Source of the DNA: Azolla caroliniana
Lineage: Eukaryota; Plantae; Polypodiophyta
Reading direction: 5' to 3'
Assembly: GCA_043228905.1 (NCBI GenBank)
Contig: JBHGNT010000004.1
Location: 558,001-622,000 of the forward strand
DNA length: 64,000 bases
The translations under genes and the position numbers were made by a program. The notes beneath the pieces are model-generated. The model was not told the origin of the DNA, did not search any database, and saw only the letters and a list, made by a program, of their open reading frames with translations. Shown here piece after piece: positions 1 through 11,229 of this stretch; position 1 is the stretch's first letter; every line of letters begins with the position of its first letter.

Positions 1-76
1 AGGCGTACGTGCATGAAAAGCCGGTTCCTATGCTCCGGTGCACCGATTCCGCTCCTGGACGGTTTTCTTCACGACA
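1..76 (-). repeat. 3' LTR (partial) of gypsy element
   Basis: Begins TGTCGTGAAG on the minus strand at 76; 73/76 identical to 6866-6941. Confidence 0.9.
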
Positions 77-90
77 TCCGCCCCCACCTA
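77..90 (-). other. Polypurine tract
   Basis: Minus strand TAGGTGGGGGCGGA immediately precedes the TG of the 3' LTR. Confidence 0.75.
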
Positions 91-2420
91 ACCGCACATC
101 CACCGGCATGCGCCAAATTGAGTTGGGACGGAGAAAACCGATCCAGCCTTCATTCGCCGCCCGTCGGTTCTTCCTCGCTTTCGGACCATTCATCGTCGCG
201 ATCCAGGTTAACCGGATCCGGCTCGTCGTCGTGACGCTTCTTGAACGCTTTGATCCTTTTCCCAGCTACCGGTATCGCCATTCTCGCGTCGTCGAGTTCC
301 GCCAGATGGTACGTCCCGTTGTCGTTGGCGCTTTGTACCACGTAAGGCCCGAACCACCTTCTTGCGAACTTCCGTGTTGCCCGGTGTTGGTTGTCGAGGC
401 TGCTGTCATAGACTAGTACCAAGTCGCCTTCCTCGATCTTCTTCGGTCGTAGCCGGTGCATTCGGTCAAACCGGGCTTTGTTCCTCGTCCTTGCCACCCA
501 AAGCTTTTCCGTAGCCTGCTCTACGTCCTCCGGTCTTCGCTCGAGCTGCCTTATGCGCGCCGCCAACAATTCCTCCCGGCTCATTTCGTCTCTCCAGTAC
601 ACGGTTGCCCATGAGGGGATCGTACGTTCCATCGGCATGATCGGCTCCTGCCCAAACATGAGCTCTGCCGGCATGAATCCTGTTACCGAACTGTGCGTAG
701 TTCGGTCAGCCCACAACGCGTAAGGCAGAGGTCGCGGCCAGTTCCCGACTTGCCCCCCGCATGCCCGAACTAACGCCTTGACGATCGGTCCGTGTTCGCG
801 CTCCACCTTCCCATTCGCCTCCGGATTGTACACAGTGGTAAGCGAGAGCTTGACTCCTAGCCGGTCGAACAGCTCCTCGGCCTCTTCGGCGTCCAACTCC
901 CCGCGATCAGCCACGATCTTCCCGACACACCCGTACCGGCATATCACGTCCTCGATCAGGAACCGACATACGGCCGCGGTCGTTTTGTTCTGAAGGGTTC
1001 GGCCTTCCACCTGGTTCATCAGATCTTCCCGAGCCAGGACCAGATACCGCATCTGTCCTACGCCCATCGGCATCGTCACCAAATCTACCATCCATTTGAA
1101 GTGGATGGTCGGAGGGTACGTAGGGTGAAGCTCGTCCCGATGCCGAACTATGGAGTGCATTTGACAGCTCTCGCAAGTTGTCACGAACCGATGCACGTCC
1201 CGGTACAGTCCCGGCCACCAGTACTTCCCCTTTATCTTCTCGAACGTGGCCCACGTTCCACGGTGTCCGGCCCAAGGGCTGTTGTGGTAGGCCGTCAGCA
1301 GCTCCTCCTATTCTTCCTTCATCGCCACCACCCTGAGCGGGACGTCGTTCCTCTTCTTCGGGTGCTTCCATAAGTATCCGTCCCGGAGAAAGAACCGGTA
1401 TGCTTTCTTCCAGATCCGGTTGGTCTCGTCCCTCGTGCACGATGCATCCAGCGTCATTGTCCCCAAGAAACCACCGATCTGCAGCCACTCGCCGTCGTAC
1501 TTGCTCTCGTCGAAGTCGTTAAGCGCCGGAGTGCCCGTCCCATCGGTCGTCACGTACACTGCTTCAAAAAAGTACACGCCGACTTCTTCGTCCTCCGAAA
1601 CCATGCCGCCTTCGTTATCAAACCTCGCCCTTGAAAGCATGTCGGCCATGGCATTGTCCTTTCCGGAAATGTGTCGTATTTCCGGGTCCAGGGACTTGAT
1701 GTACGCTAACCACCTGAGCATTGCCAGGTCCGGTGTCGCGCATCCGGAAACCATGCCGAGAATTGGCAGGCAATCCATCTCGATAATCACTTCTGTCTCG
1801 ATCAGGTAGTCTTTGTCGGCCTTTACTGCCAAAACGATACCCTAGAGTTTGCGTTTAACCTGGGCGTACCCTTGTTGTCGCTCACTGAGGACCTTAGCGC
1901 CGAATCGGATCAAGAACCGGGTGCCGTCCTCGTCTTCTTGGTTGACGACCCATCCGATCCCAGTCGGGCTCGTATCCACCGTTATGTATACCGGGGTACC
2001 CTTCTCGTAGACAGCCTTCCGGAGCGCCGGTGCTGCCGCAAGAGCTTCCTTTAGCTTCCGGACCGACTTCGTGTGGTCGTCTCGCCACTCGAATTTTCGC
2101 CCCTTTTTCAGCAACCCGTATAGCGGCTCCGCAACGTGGGCGTAATGCGGGATCCATATGTGGTGGAACGCGCATGCCCCCAGGAACCTCCGAACTTCCG
2201 TAACCAAGCTACAGTCGGCCTTCATCGCGGAGATGGCTTCTACTTTTGCCGGAGATGGCTTCCGGCTATACGGTCCACACAGGTGTCCGACCACCAGGAT
2301 TTCTAATTGCCCGAAGGCCGATTTCTCCCCGGAGAAGGTGAGCCTCGCATCCTCTAGCCTTTGTAGCACCTTCTCGCAGTCGTCGATGTGTGTTGCCACG
2401 AATCGTCGGCATCCGTCCGG

Positions 2421-3170
2421 CCCGACTGTCTCGTCCTTCTCTTCCACCGAGCACCCCTTTATCGGGATGTCGTCCAGAAATGGCATGGTGATGTCCGGGA
2501 TGCAATCCCTCAGTACCTTGTTCATTGCATTCACCATGTGGGCCACCGAGTTGGTCCCTCCTTGTGGCAGGGTACACATTCGCACTAGGCCGAGGGGAGT
2601 TCGCATCGTTGTAATGTCTCTGCTCTCCACGGCTAGCTGGAACTGGTCGTACCCCGAGTACAGATCACGGCCCGACTGTCTCGTCCTTCTCTTCCACCGG
2701 GCACCCCTTTATCGGGATGTCGTCCAGAAATGGCATGGTGATGTCCGGGATGCAATCCCTCAGTACCTTGTTCATTGCATTCACCATGTGGGCCACCGAG
2801 TTGGTCCCTCCTTGTGGCAGGGTACACATTCGCACTAGGCCGAGGGGAGTTCGCATCGTCGTAATGTCTCTGCTCTCCACGGCTAGCTGGAACTGGTCGT
2901 ACCCCGAGTACAGATCACGGCCCGACTGTCTCATCCTTCTCTTCAACCGGGCACCCCTTTATCGGGATGTCGTCCAGAAATGGCATGGTGATGTCCGGGA
3001 TGCAATCCCTCAGTACCTTGTTCATTGCATTCACCATGTGGGCCACCGAGTTGGTCCCTCCTTGTGGCAGGGTACACATTCGCACTAGGCCGAGGGGAGT
3101 TCGCATCGTCGTAATGTCTCTGCTCTCCACGGCTAGCTGGAACTGGTCGTACCCCGAGTACAGATCACGG
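2421..3170. repeat. Three tandem 250-bp copies of the RT catalytic core
   Basis: CCCGACTGTC starts at 2421, 2671 and 2921; copies differ by a few SNPs; junction microhomology CGGCCCGACT/CGGACCGAGT. Confidence 0.97.
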
Positions 3171-4099
3171 ACCGAGTAAATCGACCTTCCGGCGTAGGCC
3201 TCCGCGAACTCGTCTATGGTCGGTCCGATTCTTGCGTTCCGAATGGTCACTTTGTTGACCGGCTGCAGGTCCTGAATGAAGCGCAATGTTCCGTTCTTCT
3301 TTGGTACGGTAAACCATCGGTTCGAGTATGGCGCGCTTGACGGTTCGAGAATACCCATATCAACTTTCTGCCTCAGCAGCTCCATCAACTCCGGGATGTG
3401 AGCTCTCGGTACTGGAATCGGCTTGAGATTCCACGGCACATGCGGTACCGTGAATATCACCATCGGCTCCACGATCGTCGGGTCTACGCACCCGATCTCT
3501 TCCGGTGAGAATGCGAAGGCCTTTCCGTGCCTTCCGAGCATTCTCCAAAACCGGTCTTCCTCCGCCGGCAGTAGGAACCCGCCCCCATCGATCTTGAGCT
3601 CCCGGAGCATCCCGTCGGTGAAGGTGTGTCCTATGCAGGCCGGATCTCGTAAACTGGGGTCCGACGCAACCCCTCTGATTCGGGACTCGCTGCCCTCCGG
3701 TAAGGGTGCCGCGACTGGCCTTACCTTCCGGTCCACAATCTTGTACTTCGTGCTAACTCGGGCCGTCCGATCCGCCCGGAGCCCCTAGCCGAAGTTCGCG
3801 ATGACTTGGTACATCTCTTCGGAACATACCGGTATCGTCCGGTCTTCGTTAAGGTCTTCTCCGGCTACCTTCCTCAGCATCCCCAAGGTGTCGTCGAAGG
3901 AGACCGCCTCCACGACCCCGCTGATTTCCTCGTCCAGGCCGAGAACTCCGCACGCTCGAAGTCGCTCCTCCGCACTTGCCCTTTCTTGACCAACGATGCC
4001 GACTATCATGCACCCTCCGTTGTTGGGGAAGCAGAATTTTCTACCTATCGTACAAGGTTTCTTCGGTTTCGGTTCTATCGTACAGCTGTGGGGTCTTTC

Positions 4100-4153
4100 C
4101 CGAGTGTTCGGACTGTCTCGGCCCCACGCCTCGGCAGCCCTCTCTAAAAATCC
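4100..4153 (-). promoter_or_regulatory. Putative -1 programmed ribosomal frameshift signal (G GAU UUU + pseudoknot)
   Basis: Heptamer 4147-4153 abuts the gag-pro TAG (4144-4146). The -1 frame is open and is the RT frame. Stems GGGCUG/CAGUCC and CCGAG/CUCGG. Confidence 0.65.
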
Positions 4154-6270
4154 TCCTGGTTCTCGCCACCGAGGGATTCGCGGTTTCGCTCGTGGTTCGG
4201 ATGCACCGTCAGAAATTGGACCGAATGGCGCCCGTCCTGGCTTTTGACCCTCGCGTACGCCGAACCGTTGTCCAGCACCTTGGTCTCCATTCGCGCCGCC
4301 GTGATGTATGGTTCTCCTAATATGACCGGGTGCGAGGACGTCTCCTGTACGAAGAAGTGTTGGTCAATCTCGACGTCGCCGATCTTGACTCGCACGTTCG
4401 GGCAGGCCCCGTGCAGTTCCTCGGTGGCGTGTGTCGCCGCCTGTATCTTCCACCCGTGCTTGGTGTTGATCGGCCACTTTCCCTTCTTATAGAAGTCCAT
4501 GGACATTAGGTTTATTTCCGAACCGTGGTCCACCAGTGCCACCACCGGTTCCTAAACATCTCCGATCTTTACCGGGGTCTCCGTGGTCGCTCGGGCCTAG
4601 TGTGGCCTCGAATAGTGGCTCTCCACCCACTCATCTTCCAGCGCCAAGTCGTCAATGTGCGTCGTCCGCACCTCCACCGGTCTTTCCGGTTCCGTCTCCG
4701 TCGACAGCCTCTTCCGTTTCACCAAGTCCACAATGGAGTCCTGGAACTCCTTCTTGGCGATCCCTAGCACCTCCCGTAATGACAGCTCCACTTTGCTGTC
4801 GAGGATCCGTTCTTCTAGGACCTTTCGTAGGTCCGTGGTCCTTTCTATTTCCGTCCCTAGTCGGTATCCGCCCTTCCTGGGGTTATCTTGCGCGCTGGAC
4901 CCATCGGCTTCGTTCCGTCGTTGCCCGAATCGGGTCTCGTATCGTTGTGAGGGCCCAGCTGCTCCAGCTTTCCCCACCCGTTTGTCCTCTACCAGAGCCT
5001 CGTAGTTCCGGCAGGCGGCTTCTACGAAGCCCGTCTTCTCCTCGACCGGGTTGCTCCACCCGGTTATTCCCCGGACCCGTCTCTCGGCGCGGTCCGCTTC
5101 GTCTTTCCTTAGCCGTGCGCCGGCAAGACCTTCCAGCATTGCCGACCAAAATCCGTCTTTGCCCTCTTTTCGGGCCTCGCTGCCCCCGACCCGAATGTCG
5201 GCCGACGCCGAGTAGTGGATGGCCTCCACGTGTCTGGTCGCTGCCTCTTCCATCAGTCTCTTCATCCCTCCTCGCCCGTCGTTTCGGTTTAGGGCCCTTC
5301 TAGTGTCGCCGGCGTGCACCCGGCCTTCCCACAGGTACACCACCCGGTTCCTCAACGCTTCTGCGAAATCGCCGCAGTCCTTCCAGATGTGGCCGACCTC
5401 GTCGCACCACATGCACATGTTCCCTGCTGCCGGTCGTCCGTCACGAGCCAGTTTGCTGCCTTCCCTTCGAGTCTGGGCGATCTGGAGATCCTTTATCGCC
5501 CGCGTCAACTCCTCCAGCGCTGCTCCTCCGGACGAGCCACTGACCATGTCGGTCGAAGCCGGACCGGTTTCGAGCCATTCCCGGGTTTCTTCCCTTCGCC
5601 CTTGCGGTGCCGGTTCAAGCCTCCTTGCTGTGACAGAGCCCGCACCAGCCGCCCCATTGTCAGCCCACTCTCGCCGTTTGTCGAAACGGCCACAGACTCT
5701 CTTAACCGTAGCCCAGTCAATCGTCAGCCCGTCTTCGGTTTCCAGCAAGGAGCCGACTTGATCCCGGTCCCGCTCGTCCACCGACTTGACGAACAGTAGA
5801 ACCCGGCTCGTATCCAGAACGGTTCGGTCAAGCGCCGAAAGGCGCGCAAAGCGTTCTTCAAACTCCCGGAGGAGTGTCGACGCGTTTCTTCCCTTGCCGG
5901 GGAACTCCACCCATTCCATGAAGTCTCGTTTCGAAAGACGGAGCGCGTCGTCCAGCCCGTATTTTTCTAGGAGTCGGCCTTCGAACTCCTCCCAGGTACG
6001 GCTCTCCGCCCACACCTCGAGCACCTCCGCATGGATGCTCGGCATCGCCACTCGAGGAAACCCGGCAAGACGCCTCTCTTCCGGAATGTCCCGCATCAAC
6101 ATTTCTGCCCCGTAGGACACCAAATACTTCGTGGCATCCTTTCCGCTGAACCGGCCGATCGTACCGACGACCACCTCAATGGCTCTGTCGAGGGCGCCGG
6201 TGCCCTCGCGTGCGCTCAATATCCTATCCACGGCCGAAGCCATGGCCTCCGCAAGATCCGACCCCTTCAT
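4144..6270 (-). pseudogene. gag-protease polyprotein (CCHC zinc knuckle, DUF4100-like region, aspartic protease), with premature stops
   Basis: CMWCDEVGHIWKDC knuckle; LEERILDSKVELSLREVLGIAKKEF; protease ALVDHGSEINLM in the same frame; TAG at 4597 (probably from TGG) and at about 4552. Confidence 0.88.
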
Positions 6271-6292
6271 CTTCTGTTCTTCTGTCGCCTCT

Positions 6293-6310
6293 TTCACGTC
6301 GGGTTCACCA
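6293..6310 (-). other. Primer-binding site complementary to tRNA-Trp 3' end
   Basis: Minus strand TGGTGAACCCGACGTGAA, 3 nt after the LTR end; matches the plant tRNA-Trp 3' end ...TTCACGTCGGGTTCA+CCA (recalled sequence). Confidence 0.85.
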
Positions 6311-6313
6311 AGA

Positions 6314-6941
6314 TGTCGAGGTATCCCTCGCGGATGCGTGGAATGAGGCGGGACCTCGGGGGTCTTGTACCGAAGAGCAATAGAGAAAGGAGAGGGAAAA
6401 GACCCACTACGTGCGAGCGTAGCTCCATAGGGACACGGCCCTTTGACACGAAGACACGAGCGGGGAAACAAACACAAAGAGGCACGAAGGTATGTATGTA
6501 TATATTAACAGAGACAAACAACAAGAAGCACGAAGTCGGTTACAACCGAACAAGCCGGCAAACAGATGCCGATGCCTGTTCGCAAACGCTCAGAAAGAAA
6601 GGAGTAGGTTGGAGGTGCTGCCGGAAGCACTCGGGCGTTCCTCAGAGCAGCGCGAGCCTCCCGAAACTTGCACAGAAAGAAGCTACGGAGAGTATGGAAG
6701 AGAGGAGCCTTCGACCGACAACCCGACAGCACCTCCCCCTCTCTGGTTCCGCCCCCCCCCTCCTTTTATAGGCAAGAAGGGAGCCGTTTCCTATTAACTT
6801 CCTACCTACCGAACCTACCTACCTAGGATCTTCCATGTCCCTAATTCTCTCTTATGTACAACATAAGGTGTACGTGCATGAAGAGCCGGTTCCTATGCTC
6901 CGGTGCACCGATTCCGCTCGTGGACGGTTTTCTTCACGACA
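6314..6941 (-). repeat. 5' LTR (628 bp) of gypsy element
   Basis: TGTCG...CGACA inverted termini; TATAAAA on the minus strand at 6764-6770; followed by the PBS. Confidence 0.9.
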
Positions 6942-7116
6942 CCGGAGGAAGAGACATATTCGTAAATATGTTTCTGAGAGCCCATTGTGGCTACATTTGT
7001 AAATAGCCGAAAAGTCATATTAGTATAAATATGACTTAGGGCAAACTTTTAGTAATGTTTTTTAGTGGTTGTCATTCTTCCTTGTTGGTGCAAGAAGAAG
7101 AGAGAGCGTGTAACTG

Positions 7117-7154
<38 letters not shown>

Positions 7155-7427
7155 GGTCGTTGCCTCTGTTGTAACCACCGCCTGTGGCGAAGATCGTGAG
7201 CCCGAGCTCGTTGCCTCCGTGTACTCACTATTCTGTACATTCATACATAGTGACAGTTTGCAGCCTGTGGGCTGTCGTGGTTTTTCCCCTAGTTTGGGGT
7301 TTTCCACGTTAACCTCCTGTGTACCATTTCTCTTCTCTATGTTGTGTTCTATTTCCCGTTTTCTGTGTATGAAAATAATCTCGGTTGTGGCCGAGCGTTG
7401 CGCATAAGGAACGTTGGGTTCCCGTCA
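6942..7427 (+). mobile_element. Distal part of an LTR from a second LTR element (possibly copia-type), host of the first element
   Basis: TATAAATA at about 7024, (GA)n at 7120-7150, GTGGTTTTTCCC...GGGTTTTCCACGT U5-like motif; ends ...TTCCCGTCA abruptly against chromovirus RT codons. Confidence 0.6.
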
Positions 7428-10401
7428 CCGAGCTGGAAGTCCTTCGGGCCTATATAGAGGAGAATTTGGAAAATGGTTTCATTCGGCATTCGAAATCTCC
7501 AGGTGGCGCGCCCATTTTCTTCGTCAAGAAAAAGGATGGATCGCTTCGTCTCGTTGTAGATTACTGTGGCCTGAATAAGGTTACAGTCAGGAATAGGTAT
7601 GCTCTTCCCCTTATCTCAAGTCTTTTAGAACGGATCAATGGTGCCAGGTTCTTCACGAAGATCGACTTACGGGGAGCATATAACCTCGTACAGATCCGAC
7701 CAGGAGACGAATGGAAGACCGCGTTTCACACTAGATATGGGCACTTCGAGTATACGGTCATGCCGTTCGGCCTCACTAATGCACCGGCAGTCTTCCAGCA
7801 CATGGCTAATGATATATTCCGAGATCTATTGGATGATTGTTTGATCATCTATTTGGATGATCTACTGGTTTATTCAAAGACCCAAGAAGAACATGATTCT
7901 CATGTACTATTAGTACTAAAACGACTTCGAGAACATGGTTTGTATGCAAAGCTGGAAAAATGTAGTTTCAGGTGCAACCAAGTGGAATTTCTCGGGTACA
8001 TCATTTCGTCAGAAGGCATCTCCATGGACCCATCTAAGGTCAAAACGGTGGTAGAATGGCAGACTCCGCGTTCGGTGCGGGATGTGCAATGCTTCCTAGG
8101 CTTTGCCAATTTTTACCGGAAGTTCATACAAGATTACTCTCCATGGACCCATCTAAGGTCAAAACGGTGGTAGAATGGCAGACTCCGCGTTCGGTGCGGG
8201 ATGTGCAATGCTTCCTAGGCTTTGCCAATTTTTACCGGAAGTTCATACAAGATTACTCAAAGATCGTTCTACCTCTCACACAACTTACCAGGAAGGGACA
8301 ACCATTCATTTGGTCTGAAGAAACAGACATGGCTTTCGAGAGTCTTAAAAAGGCATTTACATCGGCTCCAATTCTAGCTCATGTCGATCCGGAAAAACCA
8401 TTCATTATTGAAGCTAACGCATCGGATTTTGGATTGGGGAGCATTCTGTCACAACAGGGGAATGATGAGAAGCTACATCCTGTGGCTTTTCACTCACGCA
8501 AGTTTGACGCCGCCGAAATCAACTACGAAATTCATGATAAGGAGCTATTGGCAATAGTGGATTCTTTTATGCAATGGAGGCATTTTCTGGAGGGATCCTC
8601 TCATTCGGTCACTGTATTTAGTGACCACAAGAACCTTGCCTACTTTCAGGATGCTCGTGTGTTGAATCGACGTCAAGCTCGGTGGGCCCACTTCCTCACG
8701 CGTTTCGACTTCAAAATTACATATCGTCTGGGGAAGCACCAAGGGAAGGCAGATGCATTATCACGGCGTTCGTATCTAGCACCCCGTCCCGGCGAGCCAG
8801 CTTTCAATAACCAAAAACAAGTCATCTTGGGACCGGCACGACTACAAGCAACACAGATCTTTGACATGCCCATGGATTCCCGCGTTATCAAAACCATACG
8901 CGAAGACTTGAAGACAGATGCGTTCGCCCAAGCTATACTAGCACAAATTGATCCCTCTCGCGCGTCGTGTTCACAGTCGCAACCACCAGGTACGAACTAT
9001 CGGCAATTCAAATACCATGATGGATTACTCTTCTTTAAAGAACTTTTGTATGTTCCTAATGGTTCTTGCCGCCGTCAAGTAGTACAAAACTGTCATGACA
9101 CATATACAACTGGGCATTTTGGTAGTACTAAAACATTACATTTAGTACAACGATCATTCTGGTGGCCCTGTATGCGACAATTTGTCGAGGATTTTGTTCG
9201 GACTTGTGATACATGCTGCAGAGCGAAAATGCCAAGGCATCATCCATATGGTTTATTAGAACCATTACCAATTCCAAGCAAGCCGTGGCAATCCATTGCT
9301 CTAGACTTCATCACAGATCTTCCAGTCTCTAAGGGGTTCAATGCGATTCTAACGGTGGTCGATCGATATACGAAGATGGCTCATTTCTTGCCATGTACTA
9401 AGGAGATCTCCAGTGAAGACACTGCCGAAATTGTCATGCGTGAAGTATGTCGGCATCATGGACTTCCCGATAGTATCATTAGCGACCGTGGACCCCAGTT
9501 CGTGTCAAAATTCTAGAAGCACCTTTTTAACATGCTCAAGGTCACTTGTAACCTCTCCTCCGGCTACCACCCCCAAACCGATGGCCAAGCCGAACGAACC
9601 AATCAAACGCTGGAGCAGTATCTGCGGTGCTTTCTCAGCTATCATCAGGATGACTGGGCAGATATTCTCCACTTCGCTGAATTTGCCTATAACAACTCTA
9701 TCCACGCATCCACTAAAGTTACGCCATTTTATGCTTATACGGGATGTCACCCCCGGTGGTGTGTACTTGAAACCCCAGAGGTGTCCACAAATCCTTGCGC
9801 AGAAGATCGTTTGGAGAGGTTACGCAAGATACAAGCGGATGTATCTACTCACCTCCAACAAGCTCAACAAACACACAAGGTTTATGCGGATCGTCATCGA
9901 CTCCCATCTAGTTTTAACATTGGAGATCGGGTATGGCTACTCCGACGACACATCAAGACCACTCGCCCATGCGAGAAGTTGGATTATCGGCGATTAGGTC
10001 CTTTCTGTATTATAGGAAAGATTAATGATGTTGTTTTTCGTCTTGATCTACCTCCACAACTTCGGATACATCCGGTGTTTCATAGTTCTCTCCTCGAACC
10101 CTATCAAGAGAGCACCATCCCAGGACGTATTACACAGCCTCCACCCCCGATCGAGCTTGAAGATGGACCTGAGTACGAGGTTGCCGCCATCCTTAATTCC
10201 AAGCTTGTTCGCAACAAGCTCTACTATCTAGTCGATTGGCTAGGATATAGTCCCAGCGAGCGTACTTGGGAACCGATAGAGAATATCACCAATGCTCGTG
10301 CTCTTCTTGAAGATTTCCATCGTCAATATCCAGACAAACCGGGTCCTCAATCCAAAACGACTCATTACACTCGTCGTTTTAAAGGGGGGATAGTGTCATG
10401 A
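7428..10401 (+). pseudogene. Chromovirus pol with chromodomain, frameshifted and stopped
   Basis: ORFs 7385-8173, 8056-9516 and 9532-10401; frameshift caused by a 119-bp duplication; TAG at 9514 in an F-W-K context. Confidence 0.9.
8021..8258. repeat. 119-bp tandem duplication in chromovirus RT
   Basis: TCTCCATGGACC at 8019 and 8138; copies appear identical. Confidence 0.95.
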
Positions 10402-10825
10402 TATGGCAAGACTCAAACCCATGACCTTATGCTACATGGGTCGAGCTCTTGACCATTAGACTATACATTGTAATACGTAGAATATTATTTTCATTTATGT
10501 TTTATGATAGAAAATTGATGTATATTCCAGATTTCTCTAGAACATTCTAGAAACTTCAGGAGTATTCCTTAGAACACTATAAAAGGATGCACAAGGCATT
10601 ATTTCGAACCAAATCGGTTCAACGCCAGTCTTAAGCCTCCTAGCTACTGTACATTTTCTTCACATAATATATATCTTTTCTTATCATCACTCTCTCACTC
10701 TCTCTCGATCTCTCTCTCCCTCCCTCTCACTCACTCTTTCCTTCTCTCGAGAGTTCTTCACCTCTGTTAGTACTAATACTTCTTTTAGTACTAATTCCTT
10801 CTCTGTCTTAGTACTGTTTCTGACA
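10394..10825 (+). repeat. 3' LTR of chromovirus (about 432 bp), preceded by PPT AAAGGGGGGATAG
   Basis: TGTCA...TGACA termini; TATAAAA at about 10578; pol stop codon lies inside the LTR. An alternative end at 10927 (ATGACA) is less likely. Confidence 0.75.
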
Positions 10826-11229
10826 ACTAATGGGTAACATTTTTTGGGGGAAAAAAACATATAATATATTATTAGACACACATATAATACATACATATAT
10901 TTATATGTGGCATACATATATATGACATAGAAAATCAAATTTTAGCATGTCATTTGACATATATAATTTTCAGGGGCCTTTCTCATGAAAATGGAACTTT
11001 AAACTCTTATATGTCACTTGACAAACATTTTTGTTGGGTGTATTTTTTTACGAGCATAATTGCCTTTGACAAGCATGACACCTATCAAATTTTTGCCTTG
11101 GCCTCAACTACAATATCTAATTGCAAATTTTGCAAAGGTTATGCTTGAGGTATATTTGACATTTGCATGCCATAAAAATCCTTGCCAAAGTCAAAACAAT
11201 TCCTACTACATAAAAAAGATAGGATAGCA

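Larger units (their letters stand above)
150..4153 (-). pseudogene. pol (RT-RNase H-integrase) of gypsy element, disrupted by stops and a 250-bp triplication
   Basis: RT motifs DLYSGYDQ, LPQGGTNS, PFLDD; RNase H VDTSPTGIG...ADMLSR; integrase HNSPWAGH..CESC, VDLV, ADRG, NGKVER, GPY. In-frame TAGs at 1308, 1842 and 3785. Confidence 0.92.
1..6941 (-). mobile_element. Ty3/gypsy LTR retrotransposon (non-chromovirus, DUF4100-type gag; Phygy/Selgy-like by inference), inactivated; 3' LTR cut by window start
   Basis: Seen: 1-76 repeats 6866-6941 (3 mismatches). Minus-strand domain order is gag (CCHC knuckle), protease, RT, RNase H, integrase, which is the gypsy order. PBS and PPT are present. Confidence 0.95.
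7428..10825 (+). mobile_element. Chromovirus (Tcn1-like Ty3/gypsy) 3' part: RT-RNase H-integrase-chromodomain + 3' LTR
   Basis: [20 protein letters not shown]; HPVAFHSRK; H2C2 and DDE integrase; GPF motif; chromodomain EYEVAAIL...YLVDWLGY...TWEP. Confidence 0.95.

Noticed and set aside
4597-4599. Possible programmed stop-codon readthrough between gag and protease
   Set aside because: Context HYSRPH*ARAT fits a TGG-to-TAG mutation, a second stop follows at about 4552, and similar transitions occur elsewhere in the element
6271-6477. N-terminal extension of the 626-aa gag ORF
   Set aside because: Runs through the LTR and PBS from a non-ATG start; the real start is more likely 6270 or 6243
9-6797. 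Many long plus-strand ORFs (e.g. 2158-2838, 4536-5303, 6031-6771)
   Set aside because: Antisense shadows of GC-rich gag/pol with no recognisable motifs
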